From: Sminthopsis crassicaudata
Taxonomy: Eukaryota
Direction of reading: 5' to 3'
NCBI RefSeq assembly: GCF_048593235.1
Contig: NC_133617.1
Location: 61,031,767-61,095,766, forward strand
Length of the DNA: 64,000 bases
Shown here in pieces: positions 12,339 to 26,234 of the stretch. A model generated the notes under the pieces. That model searched no databases and was not told the DNA's origin. It saw nothing but the letters and a program-made list of their open reading frames with translations. Within the stretch, counting starts at the first letter, position 1. Each line of letters starts with the position of its first letter. The translations under genes were made by a program, and so were the position numbers.

Positions 12339-13443
12339 TTAAGCTATCTACTAGAAATAATTAATATAGGGAAGGCAGTAAAATTAAGCAGGGGTGGGGA
12401 TGCTTTCTTGGTGAAGATAGAATTTTATTTAGAACTTAAAAGAAACTGGAGAGATCATTATTTAAAGGGGGAGAGGAAGAACATTCTAGAAATAGATCAC
12501 AACCAGAGAAAATGCTTGGAGTCAAGAGATAGTGTATCTTGATTGTGAAATAGTTTGGGAGACTATTGTCATAAGATCAAAGAGTAAAGAATATTTTGAA
12601 CTGGAGAAATGAAAAGTATCTCCATATATGAGTAGAAGTATACTATCTATATGAGTAAAACATTTTTAAAACAATGAGCATTTTACCTCAGCTGGAAGAT
12701 AAGGAAACCATTATTAGTTTCTATAAAGGGAAATAGATTTGTGAGACATTGGAATATAAGATCTTTTCAGAATTCCTCTTTTCTCTTCCTTTGTTATTGA
12801 GAGCCACTTTTTGTTGGTCATATAAGAAGGGAATAGAGAGTGACTATGGGAAGACTCTAATTCTTTTCCTGCTTTGGACCCAAATAGCCACTGATTCTGG
12901 GAATCAAGATCATAGATTTCCATGTGAGAGACTTTACATTAGCAATTTAGCTACCAATGAGAGGAAGAATTGTGACAGTTGGATTCTGTAGCCCCTTTCC
13001 ACCATGTGAGTGGATAACGGCAAACGTGGGGGCTTGTCAGCATCTCCTTTATACCTCTATGTTGCCACAGAACTAGTGGTAGGATTGCTAAGGTCAGATT
13101 GTGACTGGTAACAGTAGTCATGCCTTAAAACCCTACCTGTTATGATTAGGACCAGTGGAAAAAGGAACCAGATCAAAGTGGAAACAGAAGCAGAAGCCTC
13201 TGACCACTTGGCTGGTGGCTCAAGTATAGTAGTATCTTATGGGAAATTCACATACTGCATTCCCTTTTTGGAAAATTAATAAAGTGACACCTTAACTTCC
13301 TATATGCTTAAGTAGGGCAGCTTGCAAACTAATGTGGGCTTTATATGTCAACATAATACCCAAGTGTCACATGGGGTACACCAAATGCTCTATGTAATCT
13401 ATGTCAATGCACATTTAAAGATAATTAAAAATAGCTTGCCATT

Positions 13444-13832
13444 GCCCTCTCCAACAATGAGATGAGCCAAATCAGTTCCAAGGAGCAGTAATGAACTGAA
13501 CTAGCTACACCCAGCTAAAGAACTCTGGGAGGTGACTATGAACCACTACATAGAATTCCCAATCCCTCTATTTTTGTCTGCCTACATTTTTGACTTCCTT
13601 CACAGGCTAATTGTACACTGTTTTAAAGTCCGATTCTTTTTGTATAGCAAAATAACTATTTGGACATGTATACATATATTGGATTTAACTTATACTTTCA
13701 CATATTTAACATGTATTGGTTAACCTGCCATCTGGGGGAAGGCCTTGGGGGGGGGAGGGGAAAAGTTGAAACAAAAGGTTTTGCAATTGTCAATGCTGGA
13801 AAATTACCTATGCATAATTTTTTTTTTTTAAA
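13444..13832 (+). mobile_element. LINE-1 3' UTR fragment
   Basis: L1 3' end; TSD aaaaatagcttg(c/t)catt at 13427-13443 / 13833-13849; empty sites at ~452, ~30995, ~47045. Confidence 0.92.
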
Positions 13833-15680
13833 AAAAATAGCTTGTCATTAAAATAATACGCTGGTAAAATAAAATTTAAAAAGTGATTTAATGTTTGAAA
13901 TTTTAGTTGACAGAATTCTTAGTAGTAGAACAAGATGGGCATTCAAAAGTTCAGGCAAATAGTCAAGAACACAGATTTCTGAATGCTGATTTCTGAATAC
14001 AATGGAATGATGGGTTCCATTTGAGCAATTAAGGCAGTGTTTTAATGATCCCAGACTTTTTACTTCTTCAAAAGTTCATGATGATAAAGCCAGTATTCTC
14101 ATGTAGATACTATGTGACTGAATCTTAAAAAAGCTTTTTCTCAGTGACTTCAGTAAGTCCCTGGGGCCTGTGAGAGAGTATCCTGGAGTACAAAGTTTTT
14201 TCCTAGCTTTTGATAATGTAAATCCCAGAAGCAAAATCACAAGTAGTGTTTCCGTCATTCTTAGCTCCCCAAGGAGAGGTTGTTTGTAGTAAGCACAATC
14301 CCTCTGAGATAGAATTGTCTCTGCTTTCTTCCTAAGAACCATACATAAAATGGGATTCTTAATTTCTACTTTCTGCCTACCCATCCCAAGTAACAAACAG
14401 TCCCCCTCAGAAGGAGAACCTGAAGGGGAAACAGAAGTATCTTGTCATTCTCCTTCAACGGTAAGTCTGGGCTCTTGGGCAGGTCAGGCACAAATGGAGG
14501 GGATTAGACCAGTTATTCCTGAAGATAATAAAGTTTATGAAAACCCTAATAGTTCTTTAGGAAAGACCTGGTAACTCAATCACAAAGAACAAAAGCATCA
14601 ATGAGCTATCGGACCTGTATTCTCCTGGAGGTGAGGGCCCAAGCTCTGGCCAGACAAATGTCTAGACAAATTCTCTTCTTACCTTCCCTGGGGTATCTCT
14701 GAGGTTGAGAAGATGCTTCCTTGGTATAGCCATGACTCACCCAGTTCAAAGTAAAAAGGAAAAGTCCATAGGAATATAGACCATATAGTTCATCTAGCCC
14801 AAACCCATCATAAATTGCAGACCAAAGGGAGGAAGATCTTGTCCAAGATTGTGCAACTAGTGAGTAGTAGACCTGGGCTTTGAATCCACAGTATAGAACA
14901 AAACAGGTCAGCCCAAAGTGAAACAGAACAGAAAACAAGCAAAAAGAAAAGCTATTTAGGCCTTGGCTTACAAGATGGCCATGGAATGGTGTTGTTCCAG
15001 AGACATCAATAGCCATTCCTTCCCACATCTTCATTTTTTTCTTGACCTCCAAGGGTTTTGGCTGGCATGGAATGCTCTATGTGCTCATCCCTATGACCTA
15101 GCTTCCTTGGCCACCTTCTAGTCTCAGCTTAGTGTCTTACCTTTGCAAGAGGCCTTTCCCTGTCCTTCTTAATCTCAGTGCCTTCAACTTGTCCCTCAGC
15201 AATTTGTCCCATCTACATCTCATTCATACATAGTTGTTAGCATGTAGTCTCCCCCATTAGACCATGAGCTCCCTTCAATCTGGGGCTCCTGCCCCAAACC
15301 ACTGTCCTCATCCCCCAAGCACCTTTTTATGTTCTCAGGGTTTAGCACAGTGCCTGGCCCATTGTAGGTGCGTGATAAATGATAGTTGACTATTTCTGAG
15401 ACAGAGGGATGGATGTGGAGTAAGCTTAAGTTCCAAGCCTTTCCATTGACTGACTATGGAACTGACTGCCACCTAACTATCTAGAGACTTCAGTTTTCTC
15501 ATCTGCAGCACTCTTTCCCCATTTTTTCCTTTTAGGGAGCAATAATTTCCAGTCAGGTCTAGCCACCCCTCCTTTTGATCCTTATAGCCAGTAAGACCTG
15601 GATTTAAGTTCCATTTATCTCTGACACATACTGACTGTGTGACTCTAGACAAGTCATTTCAGCACTCTAGGCAATACTTT

Positions 15681-16381
15681 TTAATTATTATTATAGCTCT
15701 TTATTTACAAAATATATGCATGGGTAATTTTTCAGCACTGACAATTGCAAAACCTTTTGTTCCAATTTTTTCCCTCCTTCCCCTCACCCTCTCCCCCAGA
15801 TGGCAGGTTGATTAATACATATTAAAGATGTTAAAGTATAAATTAAATATAATATATGTATACATGTCCAAACAGTTATTTTGCTGTACAAAAAGAATCA
15901 GACTTTGAAATAGTGTACATTTAGCCTGTGAAGGAAATAAAAAATGCAGGCAGACAAAAATAGAGGGATTGGGAATTCTATGTAGTGATTCATAGTCATC
16001 TCCCAGAGTTCTTTCACTGGGTGTAGCTGGTTCAGTTCATTACTGCTCTATTGGAACTGATTTAGTTCATCTCATTGTTGAAGATGGCCACATCCATCAG
16101 AATTGATCATCATATAGTATTGTTGTTGAAGTATATAATGATCTCCTGGTCCTGCTCATTTCACTCAGCATCAGCTCATGTAAGTCTCTCCAGGCCTCTC
16201 TGAAATCATCCTGTTGGTCATTTCTTACAGAACAATAATATTCCATAACATTCATATACCACAATTTATTCAGCCATTTTCCAATTGAGGAGCATTCACT
16301 TAGTTTCCAATTTCTGGCCACTACAAAGAGGGCTGCCACAAACATTCTTGCACATACAGGTTCCTTTCCCTTCTTTAAGAT
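15681..16381 (-). mobile_element. 5'-truncated LINE-1, private to unit 2
   Basis: ORF2 tail (GKEPVCARMFVAALFVVARNWK); perfect 15-bp TSD tctaggcaatacttt at 15666-15680 / 16382-16396. Confidence 0.95.
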
Positions 16382-17756
16382 TCTAGGCAATACTTTAAGA
16401 CTAATTTTCAGAGCAGGTGTTTTGGTAAAATTCCTCACCAGGACCAAGAAATTCTTAAGTCTAGGTCATATTTCTATCCCTATGGTTTCAAAAACAGTAT
16501 TAGACCCCACTTGTCCTATAATTCATGTCTAAAGGAGACTGAGTTCAAAGGCTTTTTAACCTGCTAAGCAATAAATATAGTTGATGCCCCAGTCCTATCC
16601 ACAACACTTTTATCCTCAGCCCCACACTAAGAATCTACATTAATAAACAATGGCCCTTTTTATTTTTTGTAGTACTGTTGCTTAGCATCCTTTACTTCCT
16701 CCCAACAAGAGTATTAGTCTCCACTCTCCTCATCAGATTTTTGAAGGCAGTAAAGATTCTCAATATCAAGAAAGAGAAACTGAGACATAGACAGGTAAGT
16801 GTCTGGCCCCCAGCCACTCAAATTTTCAAGATGGAAGTTCCTATTGCTGAAGTCAAAGTAGGTGTGGCTATCTCTAGAAGGAATGGCATTGACCATTCTC
16901 TACCCTTCCTTTTCCAGCAGCTGGTGGGGGCACCTTTTGCCTCTGGGCCATCAGGGATTTCCCCTCATTTCTAGTCCTTTTTACTAACTTTGTCTCTATT
17001 GGGGAAGTGGGGAGACCTGGCTTTGAATTCTAGCTTGAGCAAGTCATTTCATGGCTCCGAGTCTTGTTTCTTCTCCTGTAAACCAGGGTATTAAAACATT
17101 TTGCTTCTGTGATCATTTCAGTTGCCTTTTTCTGAGTTCTCTTCCATTTCACTTTTTTTCTTTAAGTAGAGTCCAGGTGTGGAGTCACCATGCTTTTGTA
17201 CAGAGAGAGAAAGATAATTTTTTGTTTCTTCTTGAAAACCTTTTGGATGTCTATCATTTGGGGGGTACTTTTAATTTACAGGAGCTATTGGGCTGGTGGG
17301 AATGAAGGCTACACTGAGTTTATCTTTGTATTTGTTGTTCAGTTGTTTTTCAGTCATGCTTGATTCTTTGTGACCCTATTTGGGTTTTTCTTGGTAAGGG
17401 TACCGGAGTGGTTTGCCATTTTTTCTCTGTCTCTTGTAGAAGAGGAAATTGAGGCAGACAGGGTAAAGTGACTTGCCCAGAGTCACACAGCTAGGTATCT
17501 GAGGCCAGATTTGAACTCAGGAAGATGAGATTTTTTGACTTCTGGGACTGGCACTCTGCTATGCCACTTAGCGGCCCTCTCAATATAATAACTAATATCT
17601 GGAAGCCTATCATACTATAGTTAGTATATATTATTTTCCCTATTGGCCTTTCTTCTCTTTGTACTGGGTGAATCTTATCTATAAATGTTCAGACTAGTGC
17701 CATGGGATCTTCTGAACCTTATGCCTGCAGGTTCAACTTTTTATTCAAAAAGGGAG

Positions 17757-17989
17757 GTTAACACCCAGTGTAAGAACACTGGGAAATGAGTGTGAACCAC
17801 AACATAGCATTTGCACTCTTACTGTTATTATTTGCTTGCATTTTTGTTATTCTTTCCAGGTTATTTTTACCTTCTTTCTAAATCCAATTTTTCTTGTGCA
17901 ATAAGACTACTGTATAAATAGTGTATTTAAGATATACTTTAACATGTTGAATATATATGGGACTGCCTGCCATTTAGGGGAGGGGATGA
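17757..17989 (+). mobile_element. LINE-1 3' UTR fragment lacking its tail
   Basis: gaacactgggaaatgagtgtgaaccacaacatagc..; begins directly after caaaaagggag. Confidence 0.85.
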
Positions 17990-18377
17990 AGACAGGTAGG
18001 AGGACAATGAAGGATGTCATGGATGCTAAGGAAAAATGAGATTAGTCAGGGAGATTGGGGGACCAACTGAATCAAAAGTCAGAGAGATCAAGAAGGATGA
18101 AAACCAAGAGCTGCCATCAGATTTGGCAATTAGAAGATCCTCAGTAATTTTAGAAAGAATGGTTTCCCCAAAATTGTTGGGCCAGAATCCAGATTACAAT
18201 GGACTGAGAAGTTATTACATAACAGTGAGGGGAGATAGGCATCCAGTTTATATCATGATATAAATGTTTTCCAGACATTGATGTTAGATATTTTTCATTT
18301 AAGAATTTTATTTTTAATAGACCTGAAAGAAGTAGAAAATTTCCAGCTTTTCAAATAAAAGCTAAACTCCCTTTTTG

Positions 18378-19021
18378 TCTTTTGTTTGTTTGTTTGTTTT
18401 TTATTATAGCTTTTTATTTCCAAAACATATGCATAGGTAATTTTTTCAACATTGACCCTTGGAAAACCTTCTGTTCCAAATTTTCTTCTCCTCCCCCCAC
18501 CCCTTTCCCTAGATGGCAGGTAGTCTAATACATGTTAAATAAGTTAAATTATATGTTAAATCCAATATATGTATGCATATTTATACAGTCATCTTGCTAG
18601 ACAAGAAAAATTAGATTTATAAAGAAAAAAAACCTGAGAAGGAAAACAAAAATACAAGCAAACAATAACAGAAAGAATGAAAATGCTATGTTGTGGTCCA
18701 CACTCAGTTTCTATAGTCCTCTCTCTATGTGTAAATGGCTCCCTTCATTACTGGACAATTGGAACTGGTTTGAATCAACTCACTGTTGAAGAGAGAGCCA
18801 TGTCCATCAGAATTGATCATTGTATAGTCTTGTTGTTGCTGTGTATAATGGTCTACTGGTTCTGCTCATTTCACTCAGCTTCAGTTCCTGTCAGTCTCTC
18901 CAGGCCTCTTTGACATCATCCTGTTGGTCATTTCTTACAGAACACTAATATTCCACAACATTCATACTATAATTTATTTAGCCATTCTTCAATTGATGGG
19001 CATCCATTCAGTTTCCAGTTT
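18378..19021 (-). mobile_element. LINE-1 3' end with (GTTT)n/poly-T tail
   Basis: Typical L1 3' UTR on the minus strand; the tail abuts ctccctttttg. Confidence 0.92.
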
Positions 19022-19149
19022 CTCTATTTTTCTTGTATGATACTTATTGATGTATAGATACGTTGTTCTATAAACCCCTTTCCATCCTCTACCCTGTAGA
19101 ATATAAGCTTTTGGAGGAAGGGACATCCTTTTGTTTTTTGTCTCCCTAG

Positions 19150-21300
19150 CATCTGAAAAAAAACAAAGTATTATATGCTACATGCCAAAGAGAAGTGAGT
19201 CCCAAACTGCTTGGTGAAGTCTGCAGAGGAATATTCCATTACTAACTCAGGAAAAGAGAAGCAGGGAAATCTTCATGGAAGCTATAGCATTTTGGTTTGC
19301 CTTTAAAGGATTTCTAATTCTATATCCTGAAATAAAGAGGGAGTGAACAGCTTAATCAAAGTCACAGAGGCAGAAGAGACCAATGAGTGTTTGGGATGAA
19401 AGAGTTGTTCAATTTGGATGAATAACAATAACAGCGGACATTTATATAGCACTTTGGGACTGTAGGACTGTCAGAATACTTTAAATCATCTCACCTTCAC
19501 AATAACCCCATGAGGCAGGTGCCACTTTTACAAGTGGATAGCTGATTTTCAGAGAGATTAAGAGGTTGTTTTAAGATTTTACAACCACTAATTTGCTACT
19601 CAAACTACGGTCCACGTGATTCTAAGTCAGAAATATTCATCTGGCCACACTGCTGGACTGTACATAGAAACAAAGGGTATAAAGAAAAAGAAGAGTATGA
19701 AATTATCTTAGAAAGGTAGAGTAGCATCTCATTGTAGAGGTCCTTGAATGCAGGAAAGTTTGGGTAAATGCTTAACAATCCATTTACAAAAAAAAAAAGT
19801 AGAAAAAAGTTTACCTGGTATATTTTTAAGGTTATGCGCATTAACACTTTCTCCATTACTTTCTTTATCTAAACAATTAATATGGCAAATCATTAGTGTT
19901 GTAACATTTGCCAGTTTCTGAGGTATAAAGAAAATAGAAAACTTACCATTCAGAGCTGGCTCCATCACATCCCATTTGAATATCAGACAAAGTAATTCCC
20001 CAAGCTTGAGAGAGATAGTGAAGAAGTTTGATGGAACAGGAGAGAGATGAGCAGAATCAATGAATAAGAAAGATTGGTTTTGACAGTAGCATAAAAGATC
20101 TAAGGGACTGAGAGCAGAGGCAACTGGACCTTTGAGGAAGCCATTGCTAAGTGGGAGAGTCAGGAATGTCAGGTATAGGTGGAGGTGATGGAAATAGACA
20201 GGAGAGGTAGATGGATGAGGTAGAGGTATTATCAACAGGCACCTCATGGAAAGTTAGAGGTGACCAAAAGGGAAGTCAGGGAAACTCAGGTGAAAAGTGA
20301 TGGCCGGAGCAGGTTCACAGTGAAACCAGGAAGGGAGGCAGTTTTTGATAGAGAGACCTAATGAGCTTAGATTTGAACATGTTGGCTTTGTGATTCTGGG
20401 GGTTATCTAGGGAGAGATGGTCCTAACATAACTGAAAATTTGGGTCAGCAGAAGAGGGATCAGGACTAGAAATGTATATTAGGGAGTGTTTTCAATAGAT
20501 ATGGTAGCTGAAGACTACTGAAAGGGGACTGAATGAGGTCACCAAAGACGAGAAGTAAGGAAACTATTAAATGCCTAGTATGTGTTGGGTACAATGCTAA
20601 GTGCTTTACAAATATCATCTCATTTAATATTCATAGCAACTCTGGGGAGATAGGTGCTATTATTATCCCCATTTTAAGGTGGAACAAATCGAGGCAGATG
20701 GTAGTGACTTGACCAGGGTCACACAGCTAGGAGGTATAGGAGGCCAGATTTGAAATCAGGTCATCTTGACTTTAGATGCCAGAATTTATCCACTGTCCTA
20801 CCTTTAGAAAAGACAAAGAAAAGGTGAGAGGACCATGAATAGACACTTTGGAAATAGTCACCTTAAACAATTTAGACAAGAATGAAGATACATTATAAGT
20901 AACAGGAAAGGTATGATTTTAGAGGTAGGAAAACCAGGAGGATCTTCCTGAAGCCAAGAAGAGACAATTCTTCCTCAAAAAGGAGTGATAAATAGTGTTG
21001 AAAGCCATAGGAAAATCAAGAAGGATAGCAGTGGAAAAAATATGAAAAATCCCATTATTGGGAGCCAGCCATTGTAGACCTTTGAAAGGGTTGATTCAGT
21101 CGTGTTAGGGGCAGAAGTCCAATCTCAAGGGGTTTAGAGAGTCTCATTGTGAGAAAGTAGAGGTAGCTAGGGGAGAAAATGTGCATAAAAATTGCTGAAA
21201 AGGTCCTATAGTTGGATTGGATAGGGGAGCCAGAGGAGGGTTTTAAGCTTTTTTTAATGATTAAAAAAACTTAAGAATGTTTTATTAGGCACTTCGAAAG
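19150..21300. mobile_element. Degenerate L2/MIR relics (shared with ~36150-38520)
   Basis: L2-like purine-rich segments and MIR cores; boundaries approximate. Confidence 0.55.
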
Positions 21301-21984
21301 AACTCTCCCCAATATGGTTCTCTCAGTTTTCCTATTCCTATTTTCCATTCTCTCCTTCACGCACCCAGTATTCCAACCACATTGGAATATATTCTCTCTT
21401 CATCTCTGACTCTCAGAATTATGGGATCACAGATTTAGAGTTGGAAGGACACCTAGAGGTGTTTTAGTCCAAACCATTCTTCTTATGTATGAGATAGTGG
21501 CCCAGTAGATAGACGATTTTCCCAGACACTCAGTAGCTATTCTGGGAAGTCACTTAAACTCTGTAAGCCTCAGTTTCTTCAACTGTAAAATGGGGATAAT
21601 AACAGTTGTTATTCCAGAATTGTTGTGAAGATTAAACGAGACAGTTTTTGTAAAGTGCTTACCATACTATCTGGCATATAATAGATGTCTAATAAATGCT
21701 TGTTTTCTTCCTTTCTTACAGATGAGAAAATTGAGGCCTTAAGAGGCTGTAACTTACACCAGGTGACAAGATTGGGAGGGGTCAACGTCTGGCTTCAAAA
21801 CCAGGTCTCTTGACTTCCAACCCAGTGACCTTTTTAATATCATTTGGTTATTTCTCAAATATAGAAGCACCAATCAGAACTAGAACAATAACAAGAGTGT
21901 GGGAGAATGTAGGCATGTGGAAGCCTCATAGCCAGCATCATATACAAGAAAGATGTGACTGTAGGCCAGGCAGGTGACCTTTGT

Positions 21985-22229
21985 GGTTGTTGTTTAGGCC
22001 TTTCAATCCCAACCTACTCCTGACCCCATTTGGGATTTTCTTGGGAAAGATACTGAAGTGGCTTACAATTTCCTTTTCCAGTTCGTTTTACAGTTAGACT
22101 AACTGAACAATAGGATTAAATGACTTGCTCAGGGTCAAATAGTTAGTCCGTGTTTAAAGCTGCATTTGAATTCAGATCTTCCTAACTCCAGAGTTGACAC
22201 TCTATCCTCTATGGCACCCAGCTGCCCCT
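21985..22229 (-). mobile_element. MIR/MAR1-type SINE (paralog ~39187-39429)
   Basis: gttgttgtttagg..tgacttgctcagggtca..cagctgcccc. Confidence 0.75.
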
Positions 22230-22730
22230 AGGGAGATTAATTTTTATACCAGGCCAGAGAGAATTTCTTATGATATCAACCAATTAATTGATGGAAATGA
22301 GGAGTCACCAGTAGGACAATCAGAAGGATTGTAAGACATATGGCATCCTCAGAGGAAATCCAGATTTTCCCCCAGAGAGAGGGAGTGAAGAAATAATGAT
22401 TGAGAAGTCTCAGGATGAAGGGCTGTTTGTTAACAATAGAGCAGAGATTCCAAAGAGTCCAGTGGGGAGCTCTAGAAGATGTGGGATCAGATGGAGGGAA
22501 AACCATGCTAAATGGCATAGGGAGCAGGCTTCTAGAGGAAGCCATATGGGTGTTCTACATACCTTTGAGGTGTCATAACTGGATAATCAGGACTGGGGAA
22601 GCCATATAAGCAGGATACACCCTATTTAGTTAAATTCTATCAATCAGCTTAAAGTGATAAGCCTCCCCCCAGTTTGAAGTAGAATTTAGAAACTTCTTGT
22701 TTCACATGATATTTCTTAAGAGTTTCTCTT

Positions 22731-22870
22731 TTTTTCCCCCTGAGGCTGGGGTTAAGTGACTTGCTCAGGATCACACAGCTAGGAAGTGTTGTGTCTGAGA
22801 CCAGATTTGAACTAGGGTCCTCCTGAATTCAAGACTGGTGCTTTATCCACTGCACCACCTAGCTGCCCCT
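22731..22870 (-). mobile_element. Short CORE-SINE (WSINE1-like), private to unit 2
   Basis: 12-bp TSD agagtttctctt at 22719-22730 / 22871-22882; empty site at ~39925. Confidence 0.9.
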
Positions 22871-23801
22871 AGAGTTTCTCTTGTAGGTGTGTTTTGGTTC
22901 AGTGATTTTAAAGTAATTGCCATGCATTCATATATTTGGCTAAGCACCCACCCATCCATCCATCCTTCTACCCAGCCACCACTACCCAGTTATCCATGTA
23001 CCCATCTGCCCACCCATCCACCCATGTATTCATCTAATCACCCAGTATTTGAGTTGAAGTCCTTCCTAATTCTCAGTACATCACTCTAATCATTTGAAGG
23101 TCAGATGCCTCTGACATTGCATCTTAAAGAGGGAATTGAGGTATGGAGTGATTAAGTGACTTAACTGTGGGTTGCACAGCTGGTATGTGTCAGAGGCAAG
23201 GCCTTCCTAGTGTCATGTCCAGTGCGCTATTTTCCCTCCACATCTCCTTTTGAAGCATTACATAGATTTCAGTGATTATTATTGTTTTCAAAGGGATATG
23301 TGCATCATGTTGGAAAATAAGCAAAATTTAATCAAATTATCTATCAACAAGTATTTGTTAACTACCTGATGTGTACCAGATGTGGTGATGGGCACTGGGG
23401 AAACATTCATTTGAAAAATCAAACAATGCTCATTCACAAGGAACTTACATTCTAATGAGAAACACAAGTTTGTGTGTATGTGTGTGTATCTATATCTATA
23501 TATTATCAACATAAAGTAAGTAAATATATACAAAATATTCAAATATAGGGTAGTTTAACCATGTCCAAAGTACATGCATGGTCTGAGGCAGAAAGAGATT
23601 CCAGAATTCAAGCCAGTAAATTAATTGATTGATATCAAGGTCCATTGGCCTTTGCATACATGAATCAGAGAAAAAGGATGGGTTCAGAGAGTGTCTTCGA
23701 GCACTTTAGAGCATTTACAGATCTTGGGACAAAGAGTCATCATGGCCCAATACATTGCTATCTCCATACATGTTATTTCAATCAGTTTGAAGAAAATGTC
23801 T

Positions 23802-23811
23802 TCCCTAGGGA
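23802..23811. promoter_or_regulatory. EBF/Olf-1 (O/E) consensus palindrome TCCCTAGGGA
   Basis: Perfect TCCCNNGGGA match, conserved at 40617-40628 (ttccctagggaa) and absent from unit 1 by deletion. Function not shown. Confidence 0.4.
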
Positions 23812-26234
23812 TATGTATAAACATAGGAGAACCCAAATCAGCCCTCTGAGGAAAACCACCTAAGAAAACAGAGCCTCCTGGGACTGCATTGCTCTGCTAG
23901 GAAAGGCTTTCCCTACTTCTTAGCTCAATGGCTATAGGCATTTCCAGAACAGGATTCCAAATAGGAATGTTCATTCCCAGGTTTAAGTCTCCTTGCTGTT
24001 GATTCATTTTTTAAGGCATGCTTCAGAATGAGAAAGAGAAAAAAGTTGGTGCCTTTTTCCCAACTATAGAAGCAAGTGCTGCCTTTCTCTTTCCATAGTT
24101 CAAGTCTCCTAGCACCCCAAACTTGGTAACCACTGAAAAGGTAACATCAGGAGCATCAATATCCTGATGGCAGCTTGGAGAGGACAAAAGTCTCCTACGT
24201 AGAGGATGTGGAGCTGCTTGTGTCTTCCTCCCTATTCTTACTCATTCTTAGACAGCTGTGTTGCTCCAAGGAAGGCTGATGCTTAACAACTGGGCTTCTT
24301 AGGGACGTGAAAGGAAAGAATTGTGAGTGGAAAACAGTGTCTCAGTAGGAGAGAAAGACCCTAGGGGATCCCAGGGTGTTAAGGTTTTATGTAGCTTGAG
24401 TAATTTCTTTCATAGTGATGGCAGGCTGAATGACCCCAAGTGGCTGTAAAGGCAATGAGGGAGCTTTTGGAACTACTTTCCAGGTAATTTTTTCACATGG
24501 AAATGCATTCACACAAGGACAGAAAATTGTTGCTTATGGATTGAGCCTGGTCACAGAATCCTGTTGTAGTTGAGCACTTATAAGCCAGGTGTGCAAGAAA
24601 GACAAGACAAAGTAAACTGAGGTAAGACTGTGATGCTTCACAAAGAAACAAGCATGCTTTCAATGTTCTTGGTGGGTGGTGGGTATATTCCCTGCTTTAG
24701 CTCTTTGTCATCTCTGCTAGTGTGTTATCTTTGGGAAAATATCCAGAAAAATGATCAGACAATCTAGGTGGCTCTTCCTTCCTTCTGGTGTTTCAGGCAT
24801 TAATTTGTATTTGTACGGGTAACCATATCAGAGCCCAGGGTTTCATCTTTGATGACTGTAATTCAGAGCCAGGAGCAGATCATATTTGATTAGTCAGAAG
24901 TTCTTCTTTCCTATCCCTTGAAGAAACGCATCCCAGAGTACTTCAGGCTCTTGTGAGCGCTTTCTCTTCATTTCACCAAGGTTATTCTCTATCTCAAACC
25001 ACGTTTTTTCATCAACTTTGAATCTAGCTCACTGAATTAATCTAGCAGTGTCAACATCAAATAAAAATGGTCCTACTAAACCAAATAAAAAACTTCCTGC
25101 AGGCTGCTTACTGATTTAGAAAATCTCTCATCAGCATTACTGATGTTCTCTTGTGTTTTAGTTTGTTTTATTAAATATTTTCTTATCTCATTTTTATCTG
25201 GTTGGGATGCATTCAGGAGTGTTATGAGCAGAGTATGTGACATCACTAAGTTAGAGCTAGAAGCTTAATCTTTGAGTACCTGAGTTCAAATTCCATTTCA
25301 GCCATTAACCTATGTAATGTTAGGCATGGTACTTCCCTTCTCAGACCTCATTTTCCTCAGTCTTAAAATAAAGGGGTTGTAATTATAACCTCTATGTTCT
25401 CTTAAAGTTCTAGATTTAAGATCTTTTTCTAAAGAGCCTAATACAACTAATTTAACAGATGAGGAAACTGAGGCCCAAAGAAAGGAAGTTCATTGTCCAT
25501 GACCACACATGGAATAAGGAAGAGAACCTCTTTTTCCAACCCCTTTATCTGACCTTAGATACAGCATTTTTTGCATTGAACAAGTCTCAGGATTTCTTGG
25601 TCTTTCTCAGTCTCCAAAGCACTCTTTTTGAAATCAAGGTGAACTTCTGCTCAGCTAAAGTCTCTCTGAAGAATTGCTATTGTTCCTGCATCCAGACCAC
25701 TTATTTCCTTGGCCATCTTTAGAGTGTGTTCTATCCATATGGCTTGTGATTCTTCCTTCCTTCCTTCCTTCTAATTCATCATTGTACTGATCAGAGTCCT
25801 CAAGTCTTTCAAGATGTTTTTCTTTATAATGCTGTTGTTATTATTCAATATTCTGTTTCTATTTACTTCACTCGGGATCAGTTTATACAAATGTTCCCAG
25901 ATTTCTCTGAAACCATCCACCATTCCTTATGGAACAATAATATTCATATTGGGGACTTTATGTCTTGTGAAACAAACAAAACTGGATTGTTTGGGTCATC
26001 AGACAGATTCCTTGGTAGATGAACTGCATTCACTGAAGCACAGAGGCAAAGAGGTCCTAACTCAGGGATGATGAACCTAAATTAGACAGGATATTTAGCA
26101 AGAGAAGAGTAAGACTGAGATAGTCAAAATGAATAGTAGGGTGGTACACCAAGCTCCATGGAGCAAATTTATTTTCTAGGTATGATGGAAGTTAAAATCT
26201 CCTTTCCTGTTTTATCTCCTTGTAGGCTCCTGGG

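Larger units (their letters stand above)
621..14003. repeat. Tandem segmental duplication unit 1 (contains OR copy 1)
   Basis: Colinear with units 2 and 3. The boundary is set by where homology of the last copy stops (~47202). Confidence 0.9.

Noticed and set aside
21245-21260. aagcttttttt-aatga, resembling the OR H/P-element homeodomain 13-mer
   Set aside because: Imperfect match inside an L2 relic, and disrupted by a microsatellite in unit 3.
22225-22236. EBF-like cccctaggga
   Set aside because: Half of it is the terminus of a SINE, so it is probably incidental.
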